A stretch of 64,000 nucleotides of DNA from Promethearchaeota archaeon (GTDB lineage: Archaea > Asgardarchaeota > Lokiarchaeia > Sigyniarchaeales > SOKP01): NCBI GenBank assembly GCA_016840085.1, contig JAEOTA010000043.1:1-64000 (forward strand). The letters run 5' to 3'. The notes under the pieces are model-generated. The model made no database searches and had not been told where the DNA came from. It saw only the letters and a program-made list of their open reading frames with translations. A program made the position numbers and the translations under genes. Positions within the stretch are counted from its first letter, which is position 1. Every line of letters begins with the position of its first letter. Below are positions 61,065-64,000 of this stretch, piece by piece.

Positions 61065-61826
61065 TTAGAATCTAATTGATAAGCAAGAAAGACCTCCATC
61101 CATTTTTCTAAATTCTGATATATCGATTTCAAGTATATCATATCCATAATTTAATATCGATTTTTTTAGCTTTTTAAATCCCTTCGGGATAAGAACATAA
61201 TTGTTAATCCTTATGCTATTTGCAGCATAACTTTCATCTTTAGTAACTTCAATTAAATTATACTCCTTAAAGATTGGATTATTAATGAATTCACCTGATA
61301 CAATTAAATTATTATCTCCGATATAAGATACTCCTGTTTTAAGATGAAGAATATTACTTAATGGAACAGTTACACATGAATAACTATAGTGTTCTAAAAT
61401 CTCTATTAATTGTCTTACCCCTTCCTTATTTGTTCGCTTAGAAACTCCAATATAATATTTATTATCTACTCTCAAGATATCTCCGCCTTCTAATGTTCCA
61501 GGATTTGTAATACACGCAATATTATCATAAAACCTCCCTAAAACCCCCTTTATTTCTATCTCTTCACCTTTTCTACTTATAACACCTAAATTTGCAATTA
61601 TTGCTACTTCCTCATTAACAACGGCTGTATCTTCAACAAACGTGGAATCGGGATAACTATCATTTGCATCCAATTGAATAATTTTAAGTCCACATTTTTT
61701 CAAAGCAATCATATATGATAAATGCTGAAAAACAGCCTTGTCATAATCAGGCTTTCCTAAATTTGAAGAAGTTATACCCTTTTGAAAATTTTTTGCTGGT
61801 TTTCTCACAATTGCCTGTTTAAACAC
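61065..61826 (-). CDS. Dimethylarginine dimethylaminohydrolase / amidinotransferase family protein
   Basis: PDSTFVED, EGGD, LHLK and DGGLSCLS motifs. Confidence 0.9.
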   Translation of the reverse strand: MFKQAIVRKPAKNFQKGITSSNLGKPDYDKAVFQHLSYMIALKKCGLKIIQLDANDSYPDSTFVEDTAVVNEEVAIIANLGVISRKGEEIEIKGVLGRFYDNIACITNPGTLEGGDILRVDNKYYIGVSKRTNKEGVRQLIEILEHYSYSCVTVPLSNILHLKTGVSYIGDNNLIVSGEFINNPIFKEYNLIEVTKDESYAANSIRINNYVLIPKGFKKLKKSILNYGYDILEIDISEFRKMDGGLSCLSIRF

Positions 61827-61863
61827 AGTTAATCAACATAAAATAAATTTATACCTATAGGGA

Positions 61864-62766
61864 TCACAATTCTGATGTAGGATTTTTATCCATGCAAGGA
61901 ACTCCAAATTGACAAAATGCACATCCGACAGGAAAAGTAGCAGGTCTCAATTTACCATCAACCCGACGGATATGAGGTTTTAAAATTGTACCAATTCTTG
62001 CAACTACTTTTCTTGCTACTTTTCGACCATATTCATAACATTTAACTTTATCATGTCCTTTTTCTGTTATAGCTTTAGCGGGACATTTTTCCACACACAT
62101 TTTACAAGTACCATTTGAATAATATAAACAATTTCCATATGGGTTATCACTCTTTCTTGGTGTAATTTTGAGAGGTGCATCAGTTACAACAGAAGTTAAT
62201 CTAATATTACACCCAACCTCAGTAATCAAGCCCTCATGTAAACTAAATGTTCCTAAACCAGTTGCAAATGCTATATGACGTTCTGACCAAGTTGAGTAAA
62301 ATCTTCCCTTAGCAATTATTGTAAATGAATCACTTAACATTCCAGCTACAGCTCCATAACTTTTTTTCTTAAAAAAATCAATAATCTTTCTACATGTTTC
62401 CTTCTTAAAAGCATTAGCATAGTTCCTTCCCACAGAATAAATTTCTGCAGGAAGTATTACTCGTAATAATTCTTTTACATTTCTACTTTCTTTTCGAATT
62501 TTATCAACAAAAGGGAATACGATTGAAATAACACGTAGATCTGAAGCTTTTAAATAATCTTGACCTTCTCCTAACCATAATTCAAGAGGAGTTAAATGTT
62601 CTGAACCTACAACTTCTTTAAACTTCTGAAAAATTGGGTCATCACCGCTAGCAACACCAATTTTGGGATTGGAAAAGATTTTACCACCACCATAATTTTC
62701 ATGAAGGCGATTAAGTTTGCTGGTTTCAAAAAAAGAAGTTAGAAACTGATATAATTCATCAATCAC
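61864..62766 (-). CDS. QueG/epoxyqueuosine-reductase-like Fe-S protein
   Basis: WSERHIAFATGLG, CxxCxxxCP and CAFCQFGVPC motifs. Confidence 0.75.
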   Translation of the reverse strand: MIDELYQFLTSFFETSKLNRLHENYGGGKIFSNPKIGVASGDDPIFQKFKEVVGSEHLTPLELWLGEGQDYLKASDLRVISIVFPFVDKIRKESRNVKELLRVILPAEIYSVGRNYANAFKKETCRKIIDFFKKKSYGAVAGMLSDSFTIIAKGRFYSTWSERHIAFATGLGTFSLHEGLITEVGCNIRLTSVVTDAPLKITPRKSDNPYGNCLYYSNGTCKMCVEKCPAKAITEKGHDKVKCYEYGRKVARKVVARIGTILKPHIRRVDGKLRPATFPVGCAFCQFGVPCMDKNPTSEL

Positions 62767-62856
62767 TAGGTATTACCTTTTATTCCTCTTTAGATAACTA
62801 TTTTTACCAAAGGAAATTATATAAATTTAATTAATAATTCTGGGTTTGAATAATTT

Positions 62857-63966
62857 ATGTTAAAAGTAGGGATCATTGGCACAGGAGTTATCTTTGATCT
62901 TAATATATTAGGATATTTAAGACGAAGTGATGTGAAAATCACTTGTTTATGCAATAGAACTGTTGAAAAAGCCAAACAAAAAGTTGAAAAATTCAATTTA
63001 GATAAGAACATCCCCATTTACTCTGATTATAAGGAAATGTTAGATAAGGAAGATTTGGATATTGTAGAGATACTTTTACCACATTATCTTCATGCTGAAG
63101 CGACTATTTATGCCGCTCAAAAAGAGATAAAGGGAATTTCGGTTCAAAAACCTATGGCTACGACGTTAAAAGAAGCAGATGATATGATTAAAGCTTGTAA
63201 AAAAACCAACTCAATACTTTCGATTTATGAGAATTTTATTTTTGCGCCTCATATAAAGAGAGCAAAAGAACTATTAGATGATGATTATATCGGAGACCTA
63301 TCATCAATTCGGATTAAAACAGCTATGGGAACTAAGGGTGGTTGGCAAATTCCAGAAAACGCAACGAAATGGAGAAAAGATCCAAAAAAGATAGGAGGTG
63401 CAAAAAAAGGATCTCCGATTTTATTAGATAATGGATGGCATGCTTTTTCCTTGGCATGGTGGTTTTTCAAAGAAGAAATTGAAAAAGTATTCTCATGGAC
63501 AGGTAATTATCAAGGATTGGACGCTCCAGCTTATGTAATGTTTAAATATAAACAAAGTAAAGAACATGTAGTTCCTCAATATGGAAATATGGAATTTACC
63601 TTAATGCCAGAAATGAATTTCTCAGATTCAAAATACTATCCTGTAGATGAATTTATTGAGATTATAGCTAGTCGTGGTATAATGAAGATAAACCAAGGCA
63701 CGTCCATAGGAAATAAGATATCTGAATCAGAAGTTTTTCCTCCTATTGTTATTATAAGAGATGGTAAAGTAGAAACATACACAGATTTTGAAAAAGACTG
63801 GAAATACAGCTTTATTAATGCAACAAATCATTTTATAGATGCAATAAAAAATAATGATGAACCTTTACTTTCTGGCGATCAGGCAAGATATATTCTAAAA
63901 TTTGATCTAGCTGCTATCAAATCTGTTGAAGAAGGAAGAGATATATTTCTTGACGATTTTAATTAA
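62857..63966 (+). CDS. Gfo/Idh/MocA family oxidoreductase
   Basis: VGIIGTG, PHYLH, QKPMA and LLDNGWH motifs. Confidence 0.9.
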   Translation: MLKVGIIGTGVIFDLNILGYLRRSDVKITCLCNRTVEKAKQKVEKFNLDKNIPIYSDYKEMLDKEDLDIVEILLPHYLHAEATIYAAQKEIKGISVQKPMATTLKEADDMIKACKKTNSILSIYENFIFAPHIKRAKELLDDDYIGDLSSIRIKTAMGTKGGWQIPENATKWRKDPKKIGGAKKGSPILLDNGWHAFSLAWWFFKEEIEKVFSWTGNYQGLDAPAYVMFKYKQSKEHVVPQYGNMEFTLMPEMNFSDSKYYPVDEFIEIIASRGIMKINQGTSIGNKISESEVFPPIVIIRDGKVETYTDFEKDWKYSFINATNHFIDAIKNNDEPLLSGDQARYILKFDLAAIKSVEEGRDIFLDDFN

Positions 63967-64000
63967 TCTAATAATAAATCTTTATCATATTTCAATTCTT

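Overview
AT-rich archaeal chromosome segment, most consistent with an Asgard (Lokiarchaeia-like) genome: archaeal rpl11-rpl1-rplP0-rpl12 operon, secY, an EMC3/TMCO1-type insertase, uS2, a gelsolin-domain protein and many zinc-ribbon membrane proteins. The housekeeping backbone (adk, aroD, GH57, aroK, aroE, tyrA, tmk, leuCD-like, ilvD, AOR/ADH) is interrupted by accessory DNA. Four things stand out, none visible from the ORF track alone. (1) An unannotated 56-aa zinc-ribbon gene (36738-36937, minus) is split by a 29-nt insert that folds into a relaxed bulge-helix-bulge motif; the predicted cut sites exactly restore the reading frame, so it is a candidate mRNA intron. (2) A Cys-rich halocin-C8/saposin-like tip followed by a membrane protein occurs twice (1-2063); the second tip has no start codon, which resembles a polymorphic-toxin/immunity array. 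(3) Two copies of a small AbrB-like gene with a homologous bidirectional promoter are each paired head-to-head with a different nuclease. (4) Cargo blocks are repeatedly bounded by diverged copies of neighbouring gene ends (aroD, GH57 x4, AbrB-like). No tRNA, rRNA, CRISPR array, integrase or intact transposase was recognised. All family calls come from motif recognition by eye; no database search was run.
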